Shown here piece after piece: positions 29,190 to 38,064 of a stretch of DNA of 64,000 nt (positions are counted from its first letter, which is position 1; every line of letters begins with the position of its first letter). Source of the stretch: Candidatus Tayloriibacteriota bacterium (GTDB lineage Bacteria; Patescibacteriota; Minisyncoccia; Phycocordibacterales; PALSA-1337). The notes beneath the pieces were generated by a model that did not search any database, was not told the DNA's origin, and saw only the letters and a program-made list of their open reading frames with translations. The stretch is from the NCBI GenBank assembly GCA_003151615.1, contig PLXZ01000004.1, positions 239,441 through 303,440 on the forward strand, given 5' to 3'. The translations under genes were made by a program, and so were the position numbers.

Positions 29190-30215
29190 ATGAGCTCAAA
29201 CAATTCGATCAACAACGGTTCGATGCGGGTTAAAATTGGCGGTTCACGCGGCTCCTTGCCAGTCTCGGGACCGCAGTATAACAAGACCGGCGGCAATACC
29301 ACTTCATTGCGCGTCTACTCAAGCTGTTTGCCTCCAAAGACAGCTCTCATCATTGACGGGGGAACGGGATTTTTGCCCCTTTCGAACGAGGCGCTCAAGG
29401 AAGGTGCGAACCATCTTATGATTTTGCTCACGCATCATCACCACGATCACAGCCAAGGGCTTTTCATTGCTCCGACGACGTTCAACCCGCAAATCCGCAA
29501 AAGCATTTGGGGACCGGTTGAAAGCAATGTCGGTCCGCAGGAGGCTTTCAAAAATTTGATGAAACCGCCCTATCATCCGGTTCCGGCAGAGCGCGTATTG
29601 GCGGCGTTTTCCTTCCAAAATTTGGAAACACCCTCGGCATTCGTGTTCCTGTTTCATCCGCAGGCCGACAATCCGGTTATTATACCCGTTGACCAATACG
29701 AATTGATTGTCAAAAAGGGAACGGGCATGATTGACTTCGGCGGCAAAAATCTTCAAAAATTCAACGAATGCCTCCTTGTCAGGATGTATTGGTCGAATCA
29801 TCCGGAGCGCACCATATGTTACCGGTTCGAGGAATTGCCGACGGGGAAGATTTTCGTCTTTCTGACCGACCATGAAAACATGGCGGAACTTCCGTTAGTC
29901 ACGCAGAAGCATCTCGAAAATGCTGGCCTGCTGATTATGGATTCGCAATACAGCGAGGAGGCGTATCATAGCTATGCCAAAGGCTTCGGCCACGGCACTC
30001 CGGAATATTGCGTTGATGTGGCGGTTCGTTGCGGCGTCAGCCAGCTTGGGCTTACACATCATGATCCGTCGTCGAGCGACGACTATCTGGAGACGGTCAT
30101 TTTGAAAGCCGCCACTGACGAAAGGGAACGCCGATGCGTTGCACCTGAAGGCGGCGGCATGATGAGCCTGAAGTCCGTGTTCCTGTGCATGGACGGTTTG
30201 GTTATTGAAGTTTAA
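29190..30215 (+). CDS. MBL-fold metallo-hydrolase
   Basis: GSRGSLPVSG, GGNT, DGGTG, THHHHDHSQG, DSQY, HHDP. Confidence 0.88.
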   Translation: MSSNNSINNGSMRVKIGGSRGSLPVSGPQYNKTGGNTTSLRVYSSCLPPKTALIIDGGTGFLPLSNEALKEGANHLMILLTHHHHDHSQGLFIAPTTFNPQIRKSIWGPVESNVGPQEAFKNLMKPPYHPVPAERVLAAFSFQNLETPSAFVFLFHPQADNPVIIPVDQYELIVKKGTGMIDFGGKNLQKFNECLLVRMYWSNHPERTICYRFEELPTGKIFVFLTDHENMAELPLVTQKHLENAGLLIMDSQYSEEAYHSYAKGFGHGTPEYCVDVAVRCGVSQLGLTHHDPSSSDDYLETVILKAATDERERRCVAPEGGGMMSLKSVFLCMDGLVIEV

Positions 30216-30270
30216 AAAACAAGCGTGTCAAAACACAAACGCCGTGGAAAATTTCACGGCGTTTTTTTAT

Positions 30271-30327
30271 TTAAGGGGAGCTAGGGGAACACTTATGTGG
30301 GCATTTATGTCGGATACTTCCGACGCC
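30271..30327 (-). repeat. Family C intergenic motif, copy 4
   Basis: Reverse complement reads gcgtcggaagtatccgacataaatgcccacataagtgttcccctagctccccttaa. Confidence 0.5.
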
Positions 30328-30435
30328 GAGAAAGTGTATTGAATCATTGCAGGGAAGGCTCCATAAGCCTTATACACTCGTGTCGCACAATATACATTTT
30401 TAGCCACACCTAATATAGTACTTCAGCGTTAATGC

Positions 30436-30762
30436 CTATATAGTCGCTGGCGGAGTTGGATATTCGGCTGGGTTCTGATTCTGCTCGCCCGCCGGCAACT
30501 GTCCCGAATCTATTCTCTGTATGTCGGCTATCGACGGGTCCCAAATATAAGTTATAAACAAATCATAAACTTCGGTGGCCGGCGTTTTCAAATAAGTATC
30601 CCAAACATAGGTTACGCTGCCCCATACGTACGAAAAATTGCTTTCGGATGTCGGCGAAGTCGCGAGTTGGCGGAGGTTGATGCCGAAATAGCTTACGACA
30701 AGCAGGGCGATGATGATTAGAATAACCGTGCGGACGATTCCCCTCTGTTTGTTAATTTTCAT
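30436..30762 (-). CDS. Hypothetical membrane-anchored protein
   Basis: Pilin-like N-terminus (KQRG followed by a hydrophobic stretch); TGA-TATAAT 6 nt before ATG. Confidence 0.8.
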   Translation of the reverse strand: MKINKQRGIVRTVILIIIALLVVSYFGINLRQLATSPTSESNFSYVWGSVTYVWDTYLKTPATEVYDLFITYIWDPSIADIQRIDSGQLPAGEQNQNPAEYPTPPATI

Positions 30763-30804
30763 GGTCTAATTATATCACAGCCTTTCCGCCGGCAAGATCG
30801 AGTT

Positions 30805-32292
30805 TTAAACAGCTTGTCTGAGGCGTCTCAAGGTTTCGTCCTTGCCAAGCACGCTTGCCATAATGAATGGATCGGGAGATTTTTCCTTTCCGGATAATGC
30901 ATAGCGCATCGGCCACAGGACGCTGCCGCGACCGCCGGCATCGGCCGTTATTGATTCCGCGTAGGGCCAGATTGCAGCCTTTATTTTTTCCGCGCTGAAG
31001 GCGCCGTCGGTATCCCCCATCGTTTCAAGTGTTTTTATGACACTATTGATGTGCACCGCGACGTTTGCGGCGTCCTTTTCCTTCTTCCAGATGAGAGATT
31101 TTTTTTCATAGGCCGGAAGGGCATTGATGAACGACAACTCCCCTGCCGGCGCAAAAAGTTCCGGTATCTCGCTGAAGACCTGAATTTTTTCGCGGATGAG
31201 CGGCAGAAGTTTTACAATTTTATTTTCATTGCCGGCGTTTTTGTCCGTCAAATTTTTCGGAAGAAAATCCTGCGCGAGCTTCAGAAATTCCCCGTCGGAA
31301 AGTTTCGCCAAATAATTTTTATTCATCCAGAGCAATTTTTCCTCATTGAATGCTCCGCCCGATTTTTGTATTTTTTCAAGGCTGAATTGGGCCATCAGTT
31401 CCCTGCCGTCCATGATTTCCTCCGTTCCGCCCGGGTTCCAGCCAATCAATGCAAGAAAATTGACCATAGCGTCGGGCAAGAAACCTTCGGCCCGGTATTC
31501 CAAAATGTCCTTTGCCCCGTCACGTTTGCCGAGCTTTTTGGTCCGGTCGTCGCGCAAAATCGGCGGCAATGTGGCGAACTGCGGCGGTGTAATGCCGAGC
31601 GCTTCGTAGAGGCTCAAAAAACGCGGCGTGCTGGAAATGAATTCGTCTCCGCGCAAAATATGCGTCACGCCCATATTCAAGTCGTCAATGATATGCGCGA
31701 AATTGTAGGTCGGATAGCCGTCAGCTTTTATTAAAATAAAGTCATCGAGAGCTTCTTCTCCCGCTTCCAAATCGCCGCGAACAATGTCGTGCCATTTGCA
31801 CCGTTTGATTTCAGGAACTTTTAAACGAAGTGGTTTTATGCCGTCCCACGTCGCCTTGTACCCGGCCTCCGCCACTTCCTTTGGCCGATGATCGCGGTAC
31901 AAAAACGGCCGTTTTTCCGCTTCAGCTTGTTTTCGAAACGCATCGATTTCTTCCTGCGTGTAAGGATCGGGATATGCCAAACCTTTTTCAATTAATTTAT
32001 GCGCGTACTCGCGATATGTATCAAGGCGCTGTGATTGAATGCACGAACCAAACGATCCTGGCTTGTCCGGTCCGTAATCCCAATCAATACCGAGCCACGA
32101 AAGCGATTTTTGAATGTGTTCAATCGAACCCGCAACCTCCCTTTCTTTGTCGGTGTCTTCAATGCGGAGAATGAATGTGCCTTTGTTTTTTCGGGCCCAA
32201 AGCCACGCAAAAAGAGCCGTGCGCACCCCTCCGATATGCATAAAACCCGTTGGAGACGGGGCGAAACGGGTAACAATAGGCTTATTTGACAT
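30805..32292 (-). CDS. gltX: Glutamate--tRNA ligase
   Basis: RFAPSPTG, HIGG, RIEDTD, KKLGKR. Confidence 0.96.
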   Translation of the reverse strand: MSNKPIVTRFAPSPTGFMHIGGVRTALFAWLWARKNKGTFILRIEDTDKEREVAGSIEHIQKSLSWLGIDWDYGPDKPGSFGSCIQSQRLDTYREYAHKLIEKGLAYPDPYTQEEIDAFRKQAEAEKRPFLYRDHRPKEVAEAGYKATWDGIKPLRLKVPEIKRCKWHDIVRGDLEAGEEALDDFILIKADGYPTYNFAHIIDDLNMGVTHILRGDEFISSTPRFLSLYEALGITPPQFATLPPILRDDRTKKLGKRDGAKDILEYRAEGFLPDAMVNFLALIGWNPGGTEEIMDGRELMAQFSLEKIQKSGGAFNEEKLLWMNKNYLAKLSDGEFLKLAQDFLPKNLTDKNAGNENKIVKLLPLIREKIQVFSEIPELFAPAGELSFINALPAYEKKSLIWKKEKDAANVAVHINSVIKTLETMGDTDGAFSAEKIKAAIWPYAESITADAGGRGSVLWPMRYALSGKEKSPDPFIMASVLGKDETLRRLRQAV

Positions 32293-32357
32293 GTTATTAT
32301 TCTAGCACAAAAGCGCCCGTTGAGGCGCTTTTGTGGAAATTATATTTCGAAGGTTGA

Positions 32358-32840
32358 TTAACCCTTTATGTTCGCGTTTGCATTCGCACTCGCATGGAAT
32401 GTCGCCATGATTGCGTTTCCGTTTGAGTCGAGAATAGGCTGGGTAGCTGCCGCGTCAGAGTACAGTTCAGCGTAATATGTTTTGCCGTCAATCATTGAAG
32501 ACGTCAGGTTGACCTGGCCGGGATTTATTCCAGCCGGGAAAGCCTTCGATCCGATCACTTTGCCGGGCGTGCCGCTGTTGTCATTTTTTATGACGACATA
32601 GCCGGGAGCCGCCAATTGAACCGATGAAACGTAAACGATATTTCCCGGAAACTGGTCAGTGACCGAGATTCGGTTCGCCTCGCCCGCCTGTGCCGGCTGG
32701 TTCGAAGTCGTACCCGTGCTCGTTACCGGAGCCGGAGCGCTGCTTCCGCCGAAGAAATAGAAGCCGAGAATGATAAGAATAATGATGACTACTACGGTGA
32801 TGATCCATGTCCATGGATTTACTTTATTCTGTGGTTGCAT
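32358..32840 (-). CDS. Hypothetical membrane-anchored extracellular protein
   Basis: N-terminal TM plus beta-rich domain. Confidence 0.78.
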   Translation of the reverse strand: MQPQNKVNPWTWIITVVVIIILIILGFYFFGGSSAPAPVTSTGTTSNQPAQAGEANRISVTDQFPGNIVYVSSVQLAAPGYVVIKNDNSGTPGKVIGSKAFPAGINPGQVNLTSSMIDGKTYYAELYSDAAATQPILDSNGNAIMATFHASANANANIKG

Positions 32841-32964
32841 GTGTTTTTATTATTGATTAAAACTGACGCTGATAATTACTACACGTTTTCGACGTGAAAT
32901 ATTTCGCTGTTATTTCCCCGCCATTATAGCACATATCCGCCGTCGGAAAAGTAATAGTTTTCCA

Positions 32965-34143
32965 CTATTCGTGCTGAAGGCCGATTTCCAGGATAACACG
33001 CGCTATTTCACGGGCTGAATCGGTCCGGGCGAAGTTTTTGGCCCCCCGTATCATCTTCTCCTGCAAGGCATGATTGCCCATGATTTTGTCAATTTCAGCA
33101 ATCAATATGTGAGACGTCATATTGTGTTCCTCAATGACCGAGCAGGCTCCGGAACGCGCGTATGAGAAAGCATTTTCAGTTTGGTCGTGGCTGATTGCGG
33201 TATTGAGAGGTATGAGGATTGAAGGCTTGCCCCACGCCGCAATTTCAAAAATGGAAGAACCGGCGCGCGATACGACGATGCTTGCGGCGCCCGCGGCCAT
33301 GCGCATGGTGAGGTCGTTCAAATAATCAATCGGTTTATAGCGTCCGGCATCCGGGTTATCCTTCATGATACTCGAGAGGACGGTGCTGACGTCCTGAAAG
33401 TTTTTTCTTCCGGTCTGATGGATTATCTGGTAGCGTTTTACCAATTCAGGAACTGCATCCGTGACTACGTCATTGATGAACTGCGAACCTTGCGATCCGC
33501 CGATTATGAAAACGATGGGCAGGTTTTCTTCAAGATGAAGATATTCTTTCGCGCCGTTTGACAGCGGCGTGAGAACTTCCTTGCGCACCGGATTGCCGGT
33601 GTAGGCGATTTTGCTTTTGCCGAAGTTGGGGTCTTTTTTGTTCTTGATTTTTGCCTTTGTCCCGAGCATTTTTTCAAAATAATCGGCGGCCGAAGGATAT
33701 GAAACGGCAACGCGAACCGCAAATTTCGCGGCCCATTTGTTGACGCGTCCCGGCTGGCTGTCGGATTCGTGGATTACGACTGGAATTCGCAGCAGTCGCG
33801 CCGCCAGAAGTCCCGGAAAGCTGGCGTAGCCTCCTTTTCCAAAGACGACGTCCGGATATGTGCCAAACATGGAAAATACCGCCGATATGATTCCGTAGCC
33901 TGTTTTAAAGACGTCGGTGATGTTGAGAAGCGAAAAATAGCGGCGCATTTTTCCCGCCGGCACGCGGATGAATTCTATTTCATTGTCAAAGAGCGCGCGC
34001 GGATTGTAGCGCGACGGCGCCATATAAAAAAGTTCCGGATTGAGGATTTTCCGGTCCTTCGCTTCTTCCTGCACGGCTTCCGCCACTGCAATGATCGGAT
34101 AGAAATGTCCGCCCGAACCGCCGCCCGTTAATACTATTTTCAT
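32965..34143 (-). CDS. murG: MurG glycosyltransferase
   Basis: GGGSGGH, KGGY, HES, GNPVR, GGSQG, DQTENA. Confidence 0.96.
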   Translation of the reverse strand: MKIVLTGGGSGGHFYPIIAVAEAVQEEAKDRKILNPELFYMAPSRYNPRALFDNEIEFIRVPAGKMRRYFSLLNITDVFKTGYGIISAVFSMFGTYPDVVFGKGGYASFPGLLAARLLRIPVVIHESDSQPGRVNKWAAKFAVRVAVSYPSAADYFEKMLGTKAKIKNKKDPNFGKSKIAYTGNPVRKEVLTPLSNGAKEYLHLEENLPIVFIIGGSQGSQFINDVVTDAVPELVKRYQIIHQTGRKNFQDVSTVLSSIMKDNPDAGRYKPIDYLNDLTMRMAAGAASIVVSRAGSSIFEIAAWGKPSILIPLNTAISHDQTENAFSYARSGACSVIEEHNMTSHILIAEIDKIMGNHALQEKMIRGAKNFARTDSAREIARVILEIGLQHE

Positions 34144-34170
34144 GGGGATGATTATAGCATAAACTCCATT

Positions 34171-34283
34171 ACCCCCACGATATTGTTGTTATGCAAGACA
34201 CGGAAATTTGAGGGCTTCAAATTTCCTCCTCTACGGACCGTCGTCCTCCGAGAGGTCTTGTATAACAACAATATCGTGGGGGT
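34171..34283 (+). repeat. Family A branched-hairpin element, copy 3
   Basis: 29-bp outer stem with one G-T pair; hairpins ggaaatttga-GGGCT-tcaaatttcc and ggac-CGTC-gtcc. Confidence 0.82.
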
Positions 34284-34337
34284 GCTAAAGATTGACATCT
34301 GTAAAAAGCAAAACCCCACAAATAAATGCAGGGTTTG

Positions 34338-34649
34338 CTATTGAAAGAGTTGGAGGATTAAATCAAAGCTATCGTCTGGCGCTGTAATGTTTCTTTGAAT
34401 TTTACGACACTCGATACACTTGTGAACTATCATCCAACCTTTCTTTGAGTGACGTTCTATGCGTATCGGTTCCATCAAATTACGGCATGTTTCCATTCGA
34501 TCGCCAGGCACAATATCTACATGTTTACACCATAGACAATGCGGGCAATGGTTACGGAAACTTCCGTTTGAAAGTGATTCCACAAACATAGAACATTTCT
34601 CACATGTAAAGGCATCGTTGCCTTTACCATAGAAATTTTTTCGCTTCAT
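34338..34649 (-). CDS. RNHCP domain protein
   Basis: F.C..C, RNHCPHCLWCKHVD..PGDR, H.C..C; terminator hairpin at ~34305-34338. Confidence 0.9.
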   Translation of the reverse strand: MKRKNFYGKGNDAFTCEKCSMFVESLSNGSFRNHCPHCLWCKHVDIVPGDRMETCRNLMEPIRIERHSKKGWMIVHKCIECRKIQRNITAPDDSFDLILQLFQ

Positions 34650-34903
34650 CCTGCGTAAGCAGGGTTCGGTTTAATCTTAAAAGCAGGCTTGAGCAAAAGT
34701 AGTTACAACATTCATCGCCAAAGCGATTACTTCCAGTTCCTACTTCATTTCCAAAAAGGAAAATCCGAGTGGGGTTTATGAATTTGTTCCCACCACAGTC
34801 CATCGCCATTACACGATTGGTCACCGGTTTAGTGTCTTTTGCTCTCACTGCACTCTGTTACCAGAGGCATCCTCCCCTTACAGGATTAGCGATGTAAATG
34901 AAC
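34650..34903 (-). ncRNA. Putative ~250-nt structured leader/ncRNA upstream of the RNHCP gene
   Basis: Follows a TTGACA-17-TATTAT promoter (34910-34938); several hairpins and long-range pairings. Confidence 0.55.
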
Positions 34904-34952
34904 AGTTTAATAATACAATATTAGATATACTATGTCAAATAGGAATCAAATT

Positions 34953-36050
34953 TTACTTCTTCTGATACTTCGAAATATTGGCGATGACGCCGACGGCGGC
35001 GAGAATAATGATAAGTGCGGTACCGCCGTGCGAGACGAAAAGGAGCGGCTTGCCGGTCAGCGGGATGACGCCGAGCATGGCGCTGATATTGACGAATGAT
35101 TCCACGACGACGAGCATACTAATGCCCAAAACGGTCAGGCGGGCGAAATTGTCCGGAGCGCGGGTGGCGATTTTAAACGAGCGCGCCGCGAACAGGACAA
35201 AAAGTGCTATCAATGCGACTGCTCCGGCGAAACCGAATTCCTCGGCCTCAACGGCGAAAATGGAATCGCCGGTCGGTTCCGGCAGGTAGCCGAATTTCTG
35301 CACGCTTTGTCCATAGCCGCGTCCGAAAATTCCTCCCGAACCGATCGCGATAAGGGATTGCTGAATCTGGTAGCCCGAACCTTGCGGATCCGCCGCGGGA
35401 TTCAAATACGTGACGATGCGTTGACGGGCATAGGGCCGCGTTGCAACAACTCCTCCCACGACTAGCGCCCCAATAAGGACAATCAGCCCTAAATGGCTCA
35501 ATTTAGCCCCGCTGGCGATGAGCATTCCCCCGCCGGTGACGACAATGACGGCCAGGGTGAACGTGTCGGACTGTGCCAGCAGAAGTCCGCCTAAAATGAG
35601 GCAGAGAAATAAAAACGGCAGAATTCCCTGTTTGAAGGTCGATACTTTGTCCTTCACATGCGCGAGCCATGCCGCGAAATAAATGATGAAGGCGATTTTC
35701 AGAAATTCGGAAGGTTGGAGCGTTACGAATTTCAGGTTGATCCACCGGCCCGCGCCTCCGGACGTCAGCGTCAATGCATGGATGAACAAAACGCAGTTGA
35801 GCGCGATTGCCGCGACCAGAATATAAAAGGCGTTTTTCTTCCAAAATGTGTAGGGAATTTTTGAAGCGACGTAAAAAGCGACGAGACCCAGGATGAGGCT
35901 GACGAACTGCGTCATCGTCACCGAACCGAAAATCGAATTCGTCTGCGCCAGAAGCCCCAGCGACGCGGAGGTGAAAATAAAAAAGCCGCCTAATGCCAGG
36001 ACGATGACCGAAGCCAAAAATATCCTGTCAATTTTCGCTGATTTTTTCAT
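34953..36050 (-). CDS. ftsW: SEDS family peptidoglycan polymerase FtsW/RodA
   Basis: RWI, QPSEFLK, GYQ..QS, LPEPTGDSIF, EEFG, GG; near murG. Confidence 0.88.
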   Translation of the reverse strand: MKKSAKIDRIFLASVIVLALGGFFIFTSASLGLLAQTNSIFGSVTMTQFVSLILGLVAFYVASKIPYTFWKKNAFYILVAAIALNCVLFIHALTLTSGGAGRWINLKFVTLQPSEFLKIAFIIYFAAWLAHVKDKVSTFKQGILPFLFLCLILGGLLLAQSDTFTLAVIVVTGGGMLIASGAKLSHLGLIVLIGALVVGGVVATRPYARQRIVTYLNPAADPQGSGYQIQQSLIAIGSGGIFGRGYGQSVQKFGYLPEPTGDSIFAVEAEEFGFAGAVALIALFVLFAARSFKIATRAPDNFARLTVLGISMLVVVESFVNISAMLGVIPLTGKPLLFVSHGGTALIIILAAVGVIANISKYQKK

Positions 36051-36627
36051 TTAAGGGATCTGTTGCCGCTGAATCAGCTGGGGTATCCGTCACATCCGCC
36101 ATGGCCGCCGCCTTGAACGTTTCTATGTTTTTTCGGACGCTTTCATAGTCGGGCAAATCGGCGATATTCGAAATGCCGAGATGAGACATCAAATCAAAAG
36201 ATGATTTATAAAGGAAACTACGGCGGTCCTTCGGATTTTCGACCTTGTCCACGAGACCCCGGACGAGCAGATTTCGCAGGATAAACTGCGAATTGACGCC
36301 GCGGATATAGTCGATTTCTGCACGCGTAACTGGCCCCTGATACAGGATGATCGAAAGGGTTTCAAGACCGGCTTTGCCGAGGTCCTTCACCAGCTCTTCT
36401 TTCGTCAATTTTTCAATGAGCGTGGAAACATCCTTCGAAGTGCCGAGCGTCACTTCATTTTCGAGCTCGACGAGGGTCAGGCCGCGGTTTTGCAGCGTGG
36501 TTTTCAGTACAGCGATGGCGTCACGTATTTCCTGTTCGCTTTTTTCGAAAATAGCCGCCAATTTTTTGACGGATGTCGGTTCTGCTTTCCAAAAAAGCAC
36601 CGCTTCAATTTGCGCATCGAGAGTCAT
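36028..36627 (-). CDS. scpB: SMC-Scp complex subunit ScpB
   Basis: IEAVLF, LETLSIILY..P.TRAEIDYIRGV. Confidence 0.94.
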   Translation of the reverse strand: MTLDAQIEAVLFWKAEPTSVKKLAAIFEKSEQEIRDAIAVLKTTLQNRGLTLVELENEVTLGTSKDVSTLIEKLTKEELVKDLGKAGLETLSIILYQGPVTRAEIDYIRGVNSQFILRNLLVRGLVDKVENPKDRRSFLYKSSFDLMSHLGISNIADLPDYESVRKNIETFKAAAMADVTDTPADSAATDPLNEKISEN

Positions 36628-36659
36628 GCCGGAATTATAACATACGAAAAGTTGTCCGG

Positions 36660-37427
36660 TTATGTATAGTGCGGAATCCCGGCTTCCCGCGTTTCCATGT
36701 GAATATCCGCATGAGTATTGGCGTCGGCATTTTCCTGGGTGACATTAATGATTCCCTGCTTCACTAATTCCAGCATGGCGAGAAAGCTTACGATGACATG
36801 GACTTTCACTTCTTTGTTTCCCGCACTCGTGCCAGTCGAACCGTCGCCCATTTTGGCGAATTCCTTGAAGCTCATGCGCAGGCTTTTTGTGACGCGCTCG
36901 GTCAGTCGGCCTATCATTTCCTCCAGGCTCATGACTTTTTGGACAAGGGCTTTTGGCAAGGTTTCTTTTTTTGGCAATGCCTGGATCAAGGCCTTAATTG
37001 AAGCGGAAAGACCCGCCACGGTCATTGATGCATCGGGCGAAAACAGAGGTTCCATCGGCCGCGATTGCGAAGGTTGGAAAATAATGTCTTTGCCGAATAA
37101 TGTTTTTACATGCAGGCTGGCATTTTTTATTTCCTGGTAGATTTTGAGGCGTGTTTCCAAATCGTGAATTCCCTGCTCTTCCTCGCCCGTCAAATCAAGC
37201 GCCGGCAGAAGTGATTTCGACTTGATGAGGAGAAGCGTCGACGCGATCAAAATAAAGTTCGCCGAATCGGCCATCGGAAATTGTCCGAGAGCCTGGATGT
37301 GCGCGATGAAGTCATCCGTCACTTTCGCCAAAGCAATGTCGTTCACGAACAATTTCCGTTTTTCTATGAGCGACAGCAAAAGGTCGAGCGGTCCTTCGAA
37401 ATGTTCTTGTTTGACGATAAATGGCAT
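36660..37427 (-). CDS. scpA: Segregation/condensation protein ScpA
   Basis: FEGPLDLLLSLI, FLAMLELVK. Confidence 0.95.
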   Translation of the reverse strand: MPFIVKQEHFEGPLDLLLSLIEKRKLFVNDIALAKVTDDFIAHIQALGQFPMADSANFILIASTLLLIKSKSLLPALDLTGEEEQGIHDLETRLKIYQEIKNASLHVKTLFGKDIIFQPSQSRPMEPLFSPDASMTVAGLSASIKALIQALPKKETLPKALVQKVMSLEEMIGRLTERVTKSLRMSFKEFAKMGDGSTGTSAGNKEVKVHVIVSFLAMLELVKQGIINVTQENADANTHADIHMETREAGIPHYT

Positions 37428-37445
37428 GTTTTTTGTGGGGTTTCG

Positions 37446-37922
37446 CTATGCTTTTATGTCTGCGATCGCATCAAGCATGGCATGCCGTTCCTCATTGAGG
37501 AAATCCAGCTTGGCATTTATCGGGCGAAGGCCGGCCTCAAATTCGTCGCGGAATATTTCGCGTGTCTCCTCGCGAGTCGGACGTTCTTGGGCAATTTCGG
37601 CGACTATTTTTATTTCATCTTGAAAAAATTCCTTCAATGCACCAATGTGGCGTTTGTTTTCCTCGCTAAGGTTTTTTACGTAAAGCCTGCTTTCGGTTTT
37701 AATCTCTTCGACATATTTTCTGTTTTCGGTGTTGAGCTTTTCCATGCGACGATCGCTCTCTTCATTCAACTTGTCTACGTGCTGCTCGTTTTTTTTGTTA
37801 AGCTCATCAACATAGGTTTTAAAATAGGTTTTGATGCTTTTATCGAATGCACCCATTTTCCGTTCGACGGAACGGTCTATGGTGATGTCTATATACTTTG
37901 AAATTTTCGGCTCGATTGTCAT
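37446..37922 (-). CDS. Hypothetical coiled-coil protein
   Basis: 11-residue periodic helical repeats; TGG-TATTAT promoter upstream. Confidence 0.75.
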   Translation of the reverse strand: MTIEPKISKYIDITIDRSVERKMGAFDKSIKTYFKTYVDELNKKNEQHVDKLNEESDRRMEKLNTENRKYVEEIKTESRLYVKNLSEENKRHIGALKEFFQDEIKIVAEIAQERPTREETREIFRDEFEAGLRPINAKLDFLNEERHAMLDAIADIKA

Positions 37923-38064
37923 GAAATTATTTGTTATTTAATAATACCATGATCGTAGCAAAGCAAGATGAAGATTCTATAAAAAAGTTCTAAAATCCGG
38001 ATAAAATTATCGCGGGACTACACAAACAGGTTTTTGTGAAGTGTGTTGGACTTGGGTCGAATGT

